Notes: generated by a model from the sequence alone, not told the origin. 64,000 nucleotides of DNA from Anaerovoracaceae bacterium (GCA_045642105.1 JAZUII010000013.1:11669-75668); one strand, 5' to 3'; counted from the stretch's first letter, positions 1 through 11,000 are shown. Translations and numbers: made by a program.

Positions 1-22
1 GAGGCGGAATCTTTTTTCTTTG

Positions 23-1369
23 CTACGCTTCCTCTTCGAGCGTTTTGATTCTGATGGTCTTGAACATTATTATCGCCAGTGTCAGCGAGAAGACCTCGGT
101 GAGCAGCATCGAGAACCAAACGCCTTCCGGCCCGAAGAGTTTTGTTACTATCAGAGCACTCACGTACAGCAGGACTGTGCACCTTAACCCTGTGATTATA
201 ACTCCAGGCATAGGCTTCTCGAGCGCTGTGAAATATGTCGCTACGATGATTACGAAAGCATCTACTACGCAGAAGGTCAGGTAGAACCTCATCATATGCG
301 CTGTGTATCCAATCAGCTCCGGTGCGTCTTTCGACAGGAAGATTCCTGCGATTGGCTTCGACAGCAGGCAGATTACACAATAAACCACAACTTCCGCGAT
401 GAGGGCCGAGATGACCTCGTATCTGAAGAGCGTGCGGATAGACTTGCTGTCCCTCTTTCCATTGTAGTAGCTGAGCAGCGGCTGTGTACCCTGACCAATT
501 CCCACAGCAGCGATAATCAGAACGCCCGCGATGTATGCCATAGACGAGAAGCTGATAAGACCTTTTTCACCAAGGTTCGTGCTGATGAAGTGAACCAGTA
601 TCAAGGTGATGAAGCCCGGTGAAATCTCCATAGCTCCAGCAGGAAGTCCGCGGTAAATTGAGCTTACTACCTTCCTTAAATTCATTTTGAAAGGAGCGAA
701 TTTAATAGTTCCGAGCGGGCCGAAGAAGTGAAGGAGGTAGAGCCCCACAACTATTACCTGCGACAGCGCTGTCGCTAAAGCCGCACCCATGATTCCCCAG
801 TCGAACACGAAGATGAACAGGTAGTCCATGATGCAGTTCGAGACTACCCCAACCGTTACAATTTTGGTCGCTTTTGCCGGATAGCCATCGGTCGCCAGCA
901 GAATCTCGAAATTATACGAAACAATAAAGAAAATCGAGAAAGGCGCAATCCAGCTGATGTACTGAGCGATATAAGGCTTCGTATTCTCCGTAGCTCCAAG
1001 CATCTCGCACAGCGGGCTCATAAATATGAATACAGCCGCAGTGAAAATCAGCGAGAAAATCGCCAGTGCCGTCAGGTTCATCGAGAAGAAACTCGATGCA
1101 CCTTTATCATTGCCCTCGCCCTTGATTCTCGCCACGACAGTCGAAGTACCGACCGCCGAAGTAATCGAAATTCCGAAGAGCGCCGCGATAAAAGGTGACG
1201 AAATATTAACAGCTGCCAGCGCCGTAGAACTTACACCTCGAGCAACGAAAATGCTGTCCACCATCGAATAGGTGGTGAAGATAAGCTGCGAAGCAATCGA
1301 CGGAACGATGTAGCTGATGTATTCTTTTTTGAGTGCTTTTCCGGTGAATGTTGTCATGCATCCCCCCAT
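23..1369 (-). CDS. MATE family efflux transporter
   Basis: 448-aa ORF with about 12 hydrophobic segments and a MatE-type N-terminus (YIVPSIASQLIFTTYSMVDSIFVARGV). Alternative ATG at 1357. Confidence 0.8.
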   Translation of the reverse strand: MGGCMTTFTGKALKKEYISYIVPSIASQLIFTTYSMVDSIFVARGVSSTALAAVNISSPFIAALFGISITSAVGTSTVVARIKGEGNDKGASSFFSMNLTALAIFSLIFTAAVFIFMSPLCEMLGATENTKPYIAQYISWIAPFSIFFIVSYNFEILLATDGYPAKATKIVTVGVVSNCIMDYLFIFVFDWGIMGAALATALSQVIVVGLYLLHFFGPLGTIKFAPFKMNLRKVVSSIYRGLPAGAMEISPGFITLILVHFISTNLGEKGLISFSSMAYIAGVLIIAAVGIGQGTQPLLSYYNGKRDSKSIRTLFRYEVISALIAEVVVYCVICLLSKPIAGIFLSKDAPELIGYTAHMMRFYLTFCVVDAFVIIVATYFTALEKPMPGVIITGLRCTVLLYVSALIVTKLFGPEGVWFSMLLTEVFSLTLAIIMFKTIRIKTLEEEA

Positions 1370-1531
1370 GTTATACGTGTTAAAAGCGCGACCTTTCGAC
1401 GCGCTCTTTTCTACTTTAAATATTATATCCTATGCCGAGAATATTTTACACCCCGCCCAGTAATCGTGTATTATACATATAGACAGAAAGATTATGAAGA
1501 ATCAGCGGCCATCCGCCCGAAGGAGGAATAT

Positions 1532-2575
1532 ATGAGTCAGGTTAAACTCGGCAGCACCGGTATCGTTACCGACAAAAACGGCTTCGGTGCTCTGCCTATT
1601 CAGAGAATAAGCTTCGATGCTGCAGAAGAGCTCATCATGCATGCGTACAACAGCGGCATGACATATTTTGACACTGCAAGAGCATACTCTGACAGTGAGG
1701 AGAAGCTCGGCTATGCTTTTAGCAGAAACAACGTGCCTAGGGAAAATATTTATATCGCAAGCAAGACTATGGCGACTACAGCGGAAGAGCTGTGGAAGGA
1801 TCTCAACAAATCCCTTGAAATGCTTCAGACCGACTATATAGATGTGTATCAGCTGCACAACCCTGCCTTCTGCCCGGTTCCCGGCGGTGAGGACGGCCTG
1901 TATGATGCCTGCCTCGAGGCAAAGGCTCAGGGCAAGATTCGCCACATCGGAATCACCAACCACCGCGTAGCTGTGGCTGAGGAAGCGATTGAAAGCGGAC
2001 TCTACGAGCTCCTGCAATATCCCTTTAACTATCTTGTAACGGATAGAGAAATTCGCCTTGCGGAGAGATGCAAGGAACTCGACATAGGTTTTGTGGCAAT
2101 GAAGGGTCTCAGCGGAGGTCTTGTTACAAGAGCCGAGGTTGCCTACGCGTATATCAACCAGTTCGACAATGTTCTTCCAATCTGGGGCGTACAGCTGATG
2201 TCCCAGCTCGACCAGTTCCTTGAGTGCGGTCGCAGCGAGCCGGTATATGATGAGGAAATGCAGGCTTATGTTGCAAAAGAAAGAGAGGAGCTCTGCGGAG
2301 AGTTCTGCCGTGCATGCGGTTACTGTATGCCATGTCCTGCCGGCATCCTGATTAACGACTGTGCGAGAATGTCGCTCCTCGTAAGGCGCGGACCTCACTC
2401 GGTATATCTCAATGATCACTATCAGGCGGAGATGCAGAAAATCAAAGACTGCCTTCACTGTGGCCTCTGCAGCAGCAAGTGCCCTTACGGCCTTGACACT
2501 CCATCGCTGCTCGAACGCAACCTCGAAGATTACGAGAAAGTTGTTGCCGATCCGAGCCTCGCGTTGAATAGTTAA
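1532..2575 (+). CDS. aldo/keto reductase with C-terminal 4Fe-4S ferredoxin-type tail
   Basis: AGGAGG lies 6 nt before ATG 1532 (the ORF opens at 1466). AKR-like body (YIDVYQLHNP, HIGITNH). Two Cys clusters: CRACGYCMPCP and CLHCGLCSSKCP. Confidence 0.8.
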   Translation: MSQVKLGSTGIVTDKNGFGALPIQRISFDAAEELIMHAYNSGMTYFDTARAYSDSEEKLGYAFSRNNVPRENIYIASKTMATTAEELWKDLNKSLEMLQTDYIDVYQLHNPAFCPVPGGEDGLYDACLEAKAQGKIRHIGITNHRVAVAEEAIESGLYELLQYPFNYLVTDREIRLAERCKELDIGFVAMKGLSGGLVTRAEVAYAYINQFDNVLPIWGVQLMSQLDQFLECGRSEPVYDEEMQAYVAKEREELCGEFCRACGYCMPCPAGILINDCARMSLLVRRGPHSVYLNDHYQAEMQKIKDCLHCGLCSSKCPYGLDTPSLLERNLEDYEKVVADPSLALNS

Positions 2576-2581
2576 AACACG

Positions 2582-2608
2582 AAAAACAGCCGCTTCCGGC
2601 TGTTTTTT
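2582..2608. terminator. bidirectional intrinsic terminator
   Basis: aaaaacagccg-cttc-cggctgtttttt lies between the convergent AKR and EamA genes. Confidence 0.7.
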
Positions 2609-2615
2609 GCAATTC

Positions 2616-3536
2616 TTATTGCGTTACCTCGCGTTTCTCTTTCGGTTCCCATTGAACCAGCATATTGGCCGCAAAAATCAAAACGCATCCGGTCAGCTCG
2701 CGAAGCGTCATATGCTCACCAAGGAAGATTACCCCGAAGATTACGGCGAAAACTGATTCCAGACTCATCAGAAAGGCTGCTGCAGTTGCGTCAGTGTATT
2801 TCTGTCCGACAATCTGGAATGTGTATCCGATACCGGTTGGGAAAAGCGCCATATAGATGAGAACCGGCAGACATGCGAGGAAGCCCTCAAGTGTGTAGTT
2901 CTCGAAAATTGCGGACACAACTAACGAACTGATTCCTGTGAACAGCATCTGTATAACAGATAAAAGCAGATCATTGTCCTCATCAACGTATCTGTTTACA
3001 GAGATAATCTGCAAAGCAAAACATGCTGCGCAAGCCAGTGTCAGCCAGTCGCCGAAGGTTATTCCTGTACCGTTAAGATGCAGACTCAGCAGTGCAAATC
3101 CCGCAACAGCTATCACACAGGAGGCAACAACTTTCCTGCTTAGCTTCACTCTAAAGAAAGCCGAGAAAAGCGGCACCATCACGATATACAGAGCTGTGAT
3201 GAATCCGGATTTGCCCGCATCCACAGTTATCAGTCCAACCTGCTGAAGGTTCGTTCCAACAGATAGGAAAAAACCGCAGATTATTCCACCACGAATAGCA
3301 CGACTCTTGCGTTCTGCAATAACTGCCGCATCATTGCGGCTTCTGTCGAAATAGCCCGACTTTCTGAGTCCAATATATGCGATAGGCAGAAGCACCAGCC
3401 CTGCCAGAAACTGTCTTGTGCCGTTGAATCCGATGGCCGGCAGAGTCGCCATTCCTATCTTCTGTCCTATGAAACCCGTTCCCCACACAATCGCTGTGAT
3501 GAGGAGGGCGATATTACCTTTTGCTTTGTTCTTCAA
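2616..3536 (-). CDS. EamA/DMT family transporter
   Basis: 306-aa protein with 10 TM segments and two EamA-like halves. TTG start preceded by AAGGAG. Confidence 0.75.
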   Translation of the reverse strand: MKNKAKGNIALLITAIVWGTGFIGQKIGMATLPAIGFNGTRQFLAGLVLLPIAYIGLRKSGYFDRSRNDAAVIAERKSRAIRGGIICGFFLSVGTNLQQVGLITVDAGKSGFITALYIVMVPLFSAFFRVKLSRKVVASCVIAVAGFALLSLHLNGTGITFGDWLTLACAACFALQIISVNRYVDEDNDLLLSVIQMLFTGISSLVVSAIFENYTLEGFLACLPVLIYMALFPTGIGYTFQIVGQKYTDATAAAFLMSLESVFAVIFGVIFLGEHMTLRELTGCVLIFAANMLVQWEPKEKREVTQ

Positions 3537-3692
3537 TTGCCCCTACTCCTTAAGTGTTACCAGCATATTCTACTCGAAAGCCGCCAGTTTATCAAATTCT
3601 ACACGCAGTTTTCTCAGCAGTTTCACCATTCTTTCGCTTTACAACCCGCACATTTATAGGCTAAAATTAATCGTTCTAAGGAGGCATTAATT

Positions 3693-4640
3693 TTGGATTT
3701 ATTTATACAGTTTCTGTTGCTGATTCTCGGATTTGCACTTCTGGTAAAAGGAGCCGACTTCTTCGTTGATGGTTCTGCTTCAATAGCCACAAGATTCGGA
3801 ATCTCGCATCTTATCATAGGTCTGACAATTATCGCGATGGGCACCAGCGCCCCTGAGGCTGCTGTAAGTATTGCTGCTGCTCTTCAGGGAAGCGCAGAGC
3901 TTTCAATCGGTAATGTTGTCGGCAGTAACATAATGAATATTCTCGTCATCCTCGGTATCACAGCAATTGTACTGCCTCTGCCGATTGATGACGACTCGAG
4001 AAAAATAGGCATGCCTTTTATGATAGGCGTATCCATCATTCTCACAGTGCTCGGACTTGACGGAACGATTAACCTCGCAGATGCAATCATTCTGGTTATC
4101 TGCTTCCTCATTTACATCGGTTATCTCCTCTGGGATGCTTTATCAAATGAGGATCCTCTCGCAGGCCAGAATCTCGATGACGGAATCAACGAAGGAATGC
4201 CTGTTCTCAAGGCACTTTTCCTCGGTCTGCTTGGTGTCGCAATGATTATTATCGGCAGTGATGTTACAGTTGATGCTGCAGCTAATATCGCAGACGCACT
4301 TGGAATGAGTAAGCGAATTATCGGACTCACCGTAATTGCTTTTGGAACATCACTTCCTGAGCTCGTCACATCAATCACCGCCGCACGCAAAGGTAGCACT
4401 GCAATGGCTGTCGGCAATATTATTGGAAGCAATATCTTCAATATACTGTTTGTTATCGGACTTTCCGGTCTGATTATTCCTATTCCGTTCGACCGCGCAT
4501 TCCTCTTCGATGCTTGTGTAGCAATCGGTTCAGCAGTTCTTCTGTGGGCATTCTCGCTCAACTGGAAGCACACCATCAGACGCTGGATGGGTGTTGTTAT
4601 GCTTGCGGCATATGCAGCATATTTCGTAATGATAATGTAA
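3693..4640 (+). CDS. Ca2+/Na+ antiporter, CaCA (YrbG-like) family
   Basis: Two alpha-repeat motifs (GTSAPEAAVSI and GTSLPELVTSI; GNVVGSNIMNIL and GNIIGSNIFNIL). TTG start with AAGGAGG 8 nt upstream. Confidence 0.85.
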   Translation: MDLFIQFLLLILGFALLVKGADFFVDGSASIATRFGISHLIIGLTIIAMGTSAPEAAVSIAAALQGSAELSIGNVVGSNIMNILVILGITAIVLPLPIDDDSRKIGMPFMIGVSIILTVLGLDGTINLADAIILVICFLIYIGYLLWDALSNEDPLAGQNLDDGINEGMPVLKALFLGLLGVAMIIIGSDVTVDAAANIADALGMSKRIIGLTVIAFGTSLPELVTSITAARKGSTAMAVGNIIGSNIFNILFVIGLSGLIIPIPFDRAFLFDACVAIGSAVLLWAFSLNWKHTIRRWMGVVMLAAYAAYFVMIM

Positions 4641-4735
4641 TGTGTAGTCATTGTGAACAATATAGAATAGCTATTTCGATTGCGATATAATCAGCACGAA
4701 AAGATAACGTGTCAGTAATAAACGGAGGTCGATTT

Positions 4736-5278
4736 ATGGCAGAGAACAAGTACGCAGGTACAAAGACTGAGAAGAATCTCGAGGCAGCATTTGCCGGCGA
4801 GTCACAGGCCAGAAACAAATATACTTACTTTGCAAGTGTTGCAAAGAAGGAAGGGTATGAGCAGATCAGCGCTCTTTTCCTGAAGACAGCTGAGAATGAG
4901 AAAGAGCACGCTAAGATGTGGTTCAAGGAGCTCAATGGCATCGGCGACACAGCTGCTAACCTTGAGACTGCTGCAGATGGCGAGAACTATGAATGGACGG
5001 ATATGTACGAGACTTTCGCAAAGGAAGCTGAAGAAGAAGGTTTCACAGCTCTCGCGGCTAAGTTCAGAGCTGTTGGCGCTATCGAGAAGCACCACGAAGA
5101 GAGATACAGAGCACTTCTCAACAATGTTGAGACAGCTGCTGTATTCGAGAAGAGCGAGGTTAAGGTATGGGAGTGCCGTAACTGCGGTCACATCGTAGTC
5201 GGAACAAAGGCTCCTGCAACTTGCCCGGTATGCCTTCACCCACAGTCATACTTCGAGATTCACGAAGAGAACTATTAA
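4736..5278 (+). CDS. rbr: rubrerythrin
   Basis: Ferritin-like di-iron N-domain ([20 protein letters not shown]) plus a C-terminal rubredoxin knuckle pair (CRNCGH, CPVC). GGAGG lies 7 nt before the ATG. Confidence 0.9.
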   Translation: MAENKYAGTKTEKNLEAAFAGESQARNKYTYFASVAKKEGYEQISALFLKTAENEKEHAKMWFKELNGIGDTAANLETAADGENYEWTDMYETFAKEAEEEGFTALAAKFRAVGAIEKHHEERYRALLNNVETAAVFEKSEVKVWECRNCGHIVVGTKAPATCPVCLHPQSYFEIHEENY

Positions 5279-5295
5279 TATTTACGCAAGCTAAA

Positions 5296-5322
5296 ACGAA
5301 CCTCTCGCGAGGGTCGTTTTTT
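5296..5322 (+). terminator. intrinsic terminator after rbr
   Basis: Imperfect GC hairpin cgaacctctcgcgagggtcg followed by T6. Confidence 0.6.
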
Positions 5323-5334
5323 CATATGCGTTAT

Positions 5335-5916
5335 CTATCCTCGATTCGCAATTATCAGCATTGCCAGCAGCACAGCCAGAACGAGCACTGCTATTCCGCA
5401 CACGATAGCGGCTGTTCGCTGATTCTGTTTCTGACGAGGCTCTTTGTTTCCGATGATTGCAACGATGTTTTTAGCTCCTGTAATCAGGAAGGCGAGTCCG
5501 CCCGCGAAGATGCATCCGAATCCCATCGGGATAAGGAAGAAATTCTCATGCAGCACGCCTGATGCATCGATATATTCTACAGACATTGCTTTTAGCGCAA
5601 TGAGCCCCATGCCTATGATGAGAAGCACAGCTCCTATTGCCATGCTGATGGTATTGAAACGTGCCTTGCGCACCTCACTCCCATCATTTATCAGCTTCGC
5701 TGTCATGTTATTCATATCTTTACCTCCTAGAATCAAATCGTCCAGAGAGACGTTGAAAGTCTCTGCAATTATTATCAGCATCTCGATATCCGGCAGGTTA
5801 CGCTCGTTCTCCCAGTTGGAGACCGCCTGTCTTGTGACAAGCAGTTTATCCGCGAACTGTTCCTGCGTCAGACCGTGATCTGTTCGTACTTTCTTAATCT
5901 GTTCGCCGAAATTCAT
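5335..5916 (-). CDS. membrane-tethered XRE-family HTH regulator
   Basis: AGGAGG precedes ATG 5916. HTH_3 motif (IKKVRTDHGLTQEQFADKLLVTRQAVSNWE) followed by about 3-4 TM segments. Confidence 0.75.
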   Translation of the reverse strand: MNFGEQIKKVRTDHGLTQEQFADKLLVTRQAVSNWENERNLPDIEMLIIIAETFNVSLDDLILGGKDMNNMTAKLINDGSEVRKARFNTISMAIGAVLLIIGMGLIALKAMSVEYIDASGVLHENFFLIPMGFGCIFAGGLAFLITGAKNIVAIIGNKEPRQKQNQRTAAIVCGIAVLVLAVLLAMLIIANRG

Positions 5917-6067
5917 TTCCGTCCTCCTTTCAGTTTTGATTCTATGGAGATTTTCATTATATAACAAGCAAGCAGCTCTTGCTATTCGTGATTACATGCG
6001 ATAAACATATCTTTCTTTACTTCAACTTCTCTTCATCACTATTTGTTCTTTTACCAATCCACGATTT

Positions 6068-6093
6068 GTAGCCGGCTTAAAAAAGCCGGCTAC
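6068..6093 (-). terminator. hairpin at the end of the 12-gene cluster (probable terminator)
   Basis: gtagccggc-ttaaaaaa-gccggctac, a 9-bp GC stem 42 nt after the HMA stop. The U-tract is weak. Confidence 0.4.
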
Positions 6094-6134
6094 TGTTATT
6101 ATCTTTCTTGAAATAAGAAATTGCTATTCTCTAC

Positions 6135-6329
6135 CTAGGCTTCCTCGCAGCCGTAGCCTGCATCGATAACTGCTTTGCATATTGATGCCGCATCCGCACT
6201 GCCCTCAACCTGCATTGATTTTGTAAGCAGACTTACAGCTACAGCCTCGACGCCCTCAAGCGCAGAAACTGCTGCCTCAACCTTTGCAGAACATGCTGAA
6301 CAGCCCATTCCACTAACTTTGAACTTCAT
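6135..6329 (-). CDS. heavy-metal-associated (HMA, CopZ-like) domain protein
   Basis: 64-aa protein with the MKFKVSGMGCSACSAKVE metal-binding loop (GMxCxxC type). It starts 2 nt after the XdhC-like stop. Confidence 0.8.
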   Translation of the reverse strand: MKFKVSGMGCSACSAKVEAAVSALEGVEAVAVSLLTKSMQVEGSADAASICKAVIDAGYGCEEA

Positions 6330-6331
6330 TA

Positions 6332-7351
6332 CTATTCTCCTATTCTCTCAACCAGAACATCAATTACTCCGCCGCAGACCATTCCCGAGTTCTGTGCGTC
6401 GCTCTCTCCTACTCTCACCATCTGACTCACAAAGGAATCCTCCGAGAGCTTCTCTACTGCAAATCTGATTGCCTGAGCCTCTGCAAGACCTCCACCGATT
6501 GTGCCTATTTTGCTTCCGTCGCTCTTTACTATCATCTTTGTTCCGGGATCGCGAGGTGATGCATTCTCTTTTCTGATAAGAGTTACAAGCATCATTGCTT
6601 CTTTGCCGTCGGCAATTGCATCAACCTGTTCATCTGAGAAAGCTTTGTTTCCTGAATGCTCTGCATTCTTGTTCTGAATTATCTGACCGATAATTGCAAT
6701 TGCAATCTCTTCAGGTGTCTGTGCATTAATATCGAGGCCGATTGGAGTATTCAGCTTGTCGAACAGACTGAGATCGAATCCTTTTGCGTCCAGATTTGTC
6801 TTGATTGCGTTGACCTTCTTTGGTGAGCCGAGCATTCCGATATATGCAGACTCGAGAGGAAGCAGCACCTCTAGATTCATCTGATCCAGTGCATGTGCTC
6901 TCATCATTGTAACGATGTACATGTCCGGGTCACTCTTAAGCGACTTGAGATTCTCTGCAACATTTCCCTCAATCACAACATCTGCACCGGCCGTTCTTGC
7001 CAGCTCTGCAAACTCAGGTCTGTCCTCATAGCAGTTTACCTTCATCTCGACAAGTTTACCTGCCTTAATGCATGCAAGACCTACATGTCCTGCTCCACAT
7101 ACAACGAGCTCAGGAACTGACTCCAGAACCTCGCAGAAAACCTGTCTGCCGTCCATCTCGTATACGCCTGTTCTGTTAATTCCGGCAAAAGCCTTAATAT
7201 GTGCTTTCATAAAAGCAAGCTCGCCCGCGCTGTGGACAATTTCTTCTCCGGATATGAGTGTCTTTGATGCGACACCATCCTCCAGAACAGAAGCTATTAC
7301 ATTGTGTGAATAGAGCTCTACGTCTCTGATGATTTTAAATATTTCTCTCAT
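6332..7351 (-). CDS. XdhC/CoxI-family accessory protein (YqeB-like)
   Basis: 339-aa protein. N-terminal XdhC_CoxI-like region plus Rossmann-like VVCGAGHVGLA, as in Mo-cofactor insertion chaperones. Confidence 0.7.
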   Translation of the reverse strand: MREIFKIIRDVELYSHNVIASVLEDGVASKTLISGEEIVHSAGELAFMKAHIKAFAGINRTGVYEMDGRQVFCEVLESVPELVVCGAGHVGLACIKAGKLVEMKVNCYEDRPEFAELARTAGADVVIEGNVAENLKSLKSDPDMYIVTMMRAHALDQMNLEVLLPLESAYIGMLGSPKKVNAIKTNLDAKGFDLSLFDKLNTPIGLDINAQTPEEIAIAIIGQIIQNKNAEHSGNKAFSDEQVDAIADGKEAMMLVTLIRKENASPRDPGTKMIVKSDGSKIGTIGGGLAEAQAIRFAVEKLSEDSFVSQMVRVGESDAQNSGMVCGGVIDVLVERIGE

Positions 7352-7367
7352 GATATTACCCTAGTAG

Positions 7368-8060
7368 TTACCTAAAACTGTTGCATATGCCATCGACTTC
7401 CTTAACTGCCGCTTCTACGGTTTCTGAATCAGATAACAAATCTGTTTTGTTCAGTATGAAATGAAAAGCTCTTCCGTTCACGCACTTACGAAGTCCCGAT
7501 TCCGATTGAGCGATTGTAATAATATCGTCCAGCGTTATAAAATCTTCCGGTTTTTTCCCAAGAAAGGCCGCGAAATCCTCCGGTCTGTAGGCTGTCGTCT
7601 CAATAATGCCGCCAATAGCGTCTGCACCAAGTACTCCAATAACAACATCAGTGCAGTCCCATATCACAGGTTCCCACGGTGCCGGAACCTTGACACATTT
7701 CATCTGAGCGCCATCTGCCTCAACAATCATTACATCGCACATTTCGTTCAGCTCTCGGACTGTCTCACTGTCCGGAGAAGCAATTTTCTGCAGACCGTTT
7801 CTGATTGGTTCAAGAACGCCTGTGTGTACAGCCCCTTCCATTTCAAGTATCTGCCGCACCTCACTTAAAGCAGTGCTTTCTCGGTAAACAACTTCCGGAA
7901 TCTGCAGCATATGCGTCGAAGTTGTCACTACTGTTTTTTTCCCAAGCGAACGGTATTCTTCACAAAGCCTGCGAACAACAGATGTTTTGCCACCTGCACC
8001 TACTACAGAAATCACTATGTGCCCATCGGTTTTCAAATGTAATCTTTCTATTAAGCTCAT
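7368..8060 (-). CDS. YqeC-family protein (putative selenium-dependent Mo-hydroxylase accessory)
   Basis: 230-aa protein with a P-loop-like VVGAGGKTS and the size and pattern I associate with the YqeC family. Its ATG overlaps the stop of the upstream giant gene (TAATG). Confidence 0.6.
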   Translation of the reverse strand: MSLIERLHLKTDGHIVISVVGAGGKTSVVRRLCEEYRSLGKKTVVTTSTHMLQIPEVVYRESTALSEVRQILEMEGAVHTGVLEPIRNGLQKIASPDSETVRELNEMCDVMIVEADGAQMKCVKVPAPWEPVIWDCTDVVIGVLGADAIGGIIETTAYRPEDFAAFLGKKPEDFITLDDIITIAQSESGLRKCVNGRAFHFILNKTDLLSDSETVEAAVKEVDGICNSFR

Positions 8061-11000
8061 TATCGTTTTGTTGTAATAGTTTTACTTGTCCACTTTGAAT
8101 AATAGGTTTTACCGTTCTTTTTCGTATAGGTTCTTATGCGGACATAGTACTTCTTTCCACCACTGAGCTTGCTGATTTTCTTGTATGAAGCAGACTTTTT
8201 CACGCTTACAGTCTTCGCACTCGCATATGAAGACTTGAGCGAGTACTGTATCTGATAACCCGAGAACTTCTTTTGTGTTGAAGTACTTTGTTTCGTCCAC
8301 TTTGCAGTAAAGCACTTTCTTCCTGCAACAAGTTTGTAGCCCTTTACATATGATGTACTGTATCCCTTAAGAACTGTCTTTTTTGTGAGTCCGCATCTGC
8401 AGGTGTACAGCTTATATCCATCTTTACAGTTTCCTGCACTTACTGTCTTGGTCAGCACATATACATGAACATGTCCTTTGTTTTCAGGATCCTGCCAAAG
8501 TAAGATCGGGCAGCCACCATTGATATTGTCAGTATCATTGTTATATGCATCTCCGAGTGTCGTTGTAAGAGTCTTCAATTTATCCTCATCAACAACAGTT
8601 CCGGCAATACCTGCCGTTTCGCCTACAGCCGCAACAGACTCCCTGGTGCAGAAAGAATTGCTTATTTTCGTACCGGTTCCAACGGCTGCGATTCCTCCGT
8701 ATCCATTTCCGCTGAAACGAGGTCCCACATTAACGTTTCCCCTGTTATAGCAGTTCTTTACCTCAGGATATCTGTTCGATGAAGCATTAAACAGTCCTGA
8801 TACATAAGGTTCACTGTATCTGCTGTTGCTTATAATTTCTCCAGCATTGTATGAATTGTAAAGTTTTGGAGTATTCACGGTCGTATATCCAACAAGACCG
8901 CCTGCATAAATTGTATATCCCTCAGCTGTAACTGATCCTGCATTCACGCAGGAATCGATTGTCAGCGCACCGGTAACAACTGCGGAAAGGCCTCCAACCG
9001 CACACAGCGGATCCTTGGATTCGGATGTCATGGTCGATGAAATATCTCCATAGTTTGCACAATTTATCACTGTCGCCTTCGACTCGCAGAGAGCTACAAG
9101 ACCGGCATTATTGCAGAATGTACCATCTACATTTCCGTAGTTATAGCAATTCTCGATGCGTACATCATTTGATTCACCAAGAGTAGTATCCAGCTTAGAG
9201 ACTTTGCTTACAATTCCACCCAGACTGTGTGTTCCTGTAATTGTTCCCTTATTATCACAATTCTTTATTACAGTTGTACCGCAGGCATCACCGACAATTG
9301 CGCCTGTTTCTTTACAATTTTCAAGCACAACTTTATTGCAGCAATTCTCAATGATTGTATTCTTCGCTTTTCCGGCAAAAACGCCTGTATCACCTGCTGT
9401 TGCCCAGAATCTGCCCTCGATAGTGAGGTTCTTTATTGTTGCGCCATCTGTAAATCCGAAGATTCCTCCGTGATTACCTGTAATATTACCTACAATTGGA
9501 ACTGCATGGCTTACATAAATATTACTGATGGTATATCCGCAGCCATTAAATACACCCTTAAATGTATCTCTGTTGTTTCCAACTGTTCTCCAGAGTCTGC
9601 GGCCGCCGTTCTCATCAGGATTTATCAGGTCGATATCATTTCCGAGTTTAATGGTTTTGCCTGCAAAATCTGAACCGCCTTCATCAACTCCATCGCAAAG
9701 GATCTTTGCCATTCCGGCAAGCTCTCGCGCATTCGTAAGAGTATATACAGTGTCGGACTCATGGCCGTAATACCAGGATGTGTCGGCATATGTAGCCCAG
9801 TCCTTAAGCTGAGTTTTGGGTTCTAATCTTACAAGAACATCTGCATTTCCTGTTACCTTTAACTGTTTCTGACTGGCAGGAACAGCTTCTGCTGAATCCG
9901 GATCAACTGCACTCGCCTTACCGAATCTGCCTGTATATTCATAGTTTACATCAGGTGGTGCAGCACCTTCTTTTAACTTACCAGACAGTTCCAGCACATC
10001 ATCTGCATATATAGTATCACCATCGGAAAGAGTCTCTCCCTTTCCAAGGCCGTCTATGGAGCTCTGGATACGCTTTACCTCAATAGTGTAATCACTGCTT
10101 TTTGCAATGGAAAGAATTGCAGTACCTCTCTCTACAAAAGCGCCGGATATTGTTACGTCCTCTGTAACGGTATAGAAATCATTGTTGACCGCCTCCCCGT
10201 TTGCGAGGTAATTTGCAAGTCTGTAACCGCTGTTTCCTGTATTGCTCAGGTTGATTGTAGTTCCATAAGGAACAGTGAATGCCGATGAATGACCATCTGC
10301 AGATACCGTACCGTTTTCAGCTGAAGCAATAGATACCGTACAGGAGGTAGCCTTTTTCTCCTTCTCAAAATACAGTAACGGATGCTCGCTTCCTTTTACA
10401 AAAATATTTCCATTTTTGTTCAACTGAGTAAGAACTCTGCTGTTCATCTCTTCCGCAGAAACAGCCTCCACGTTTCCTACATATGCATAGCTGTTATTTC
10501 CAAGATAAACACCCTGTGCTCTGACTGATGATGTGAAAGGATCTATATAGTAGCAGTTGTCAATCTCATATTCCGCAGCTGCATCGCCATCATAGCTGAT
10601 CTCGCCTCCGGCATAAGTGATATCGGTATCATTTTCCGGAGTTCCAGGACCAGCCTTTATAATTGATGCATTCTGAACATCCCCTACATTGAAACAATTG
10701 TAAATGTTCGCACCTACATTATTGCTGCCCCAGCCGTAACCGTTGCTTCCTACGATACCTCCAATTTCTGATTCGACACATCTGACCGTACCTGCATTGT
10801 AGCAGTTACGAATTATGCTTTTGCCCCAAGGAGCTCCCACGATACCGGCACAGCCAACCTTATCTGTACCTCTTACTGTTGCATAATTTGCACAGTTCTC
10901 AACGATGACTGTTCCGCTTGTCTGTCCGATACGTCCTACAATTCCGCCGGTTCCCCTGCGGCCTTTGATACTTCCTCTCAGAACAAGATTTCTTACTGCC

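Noticed and set aside
1502-2458. 318-aa minus-strand ORF inside the aldo/keto reductase gene
   Set aside because: It is entirely antisense to a well-supported CDS. It has no RBS and no recognisable motifs, so it is a typical shadow ORF.
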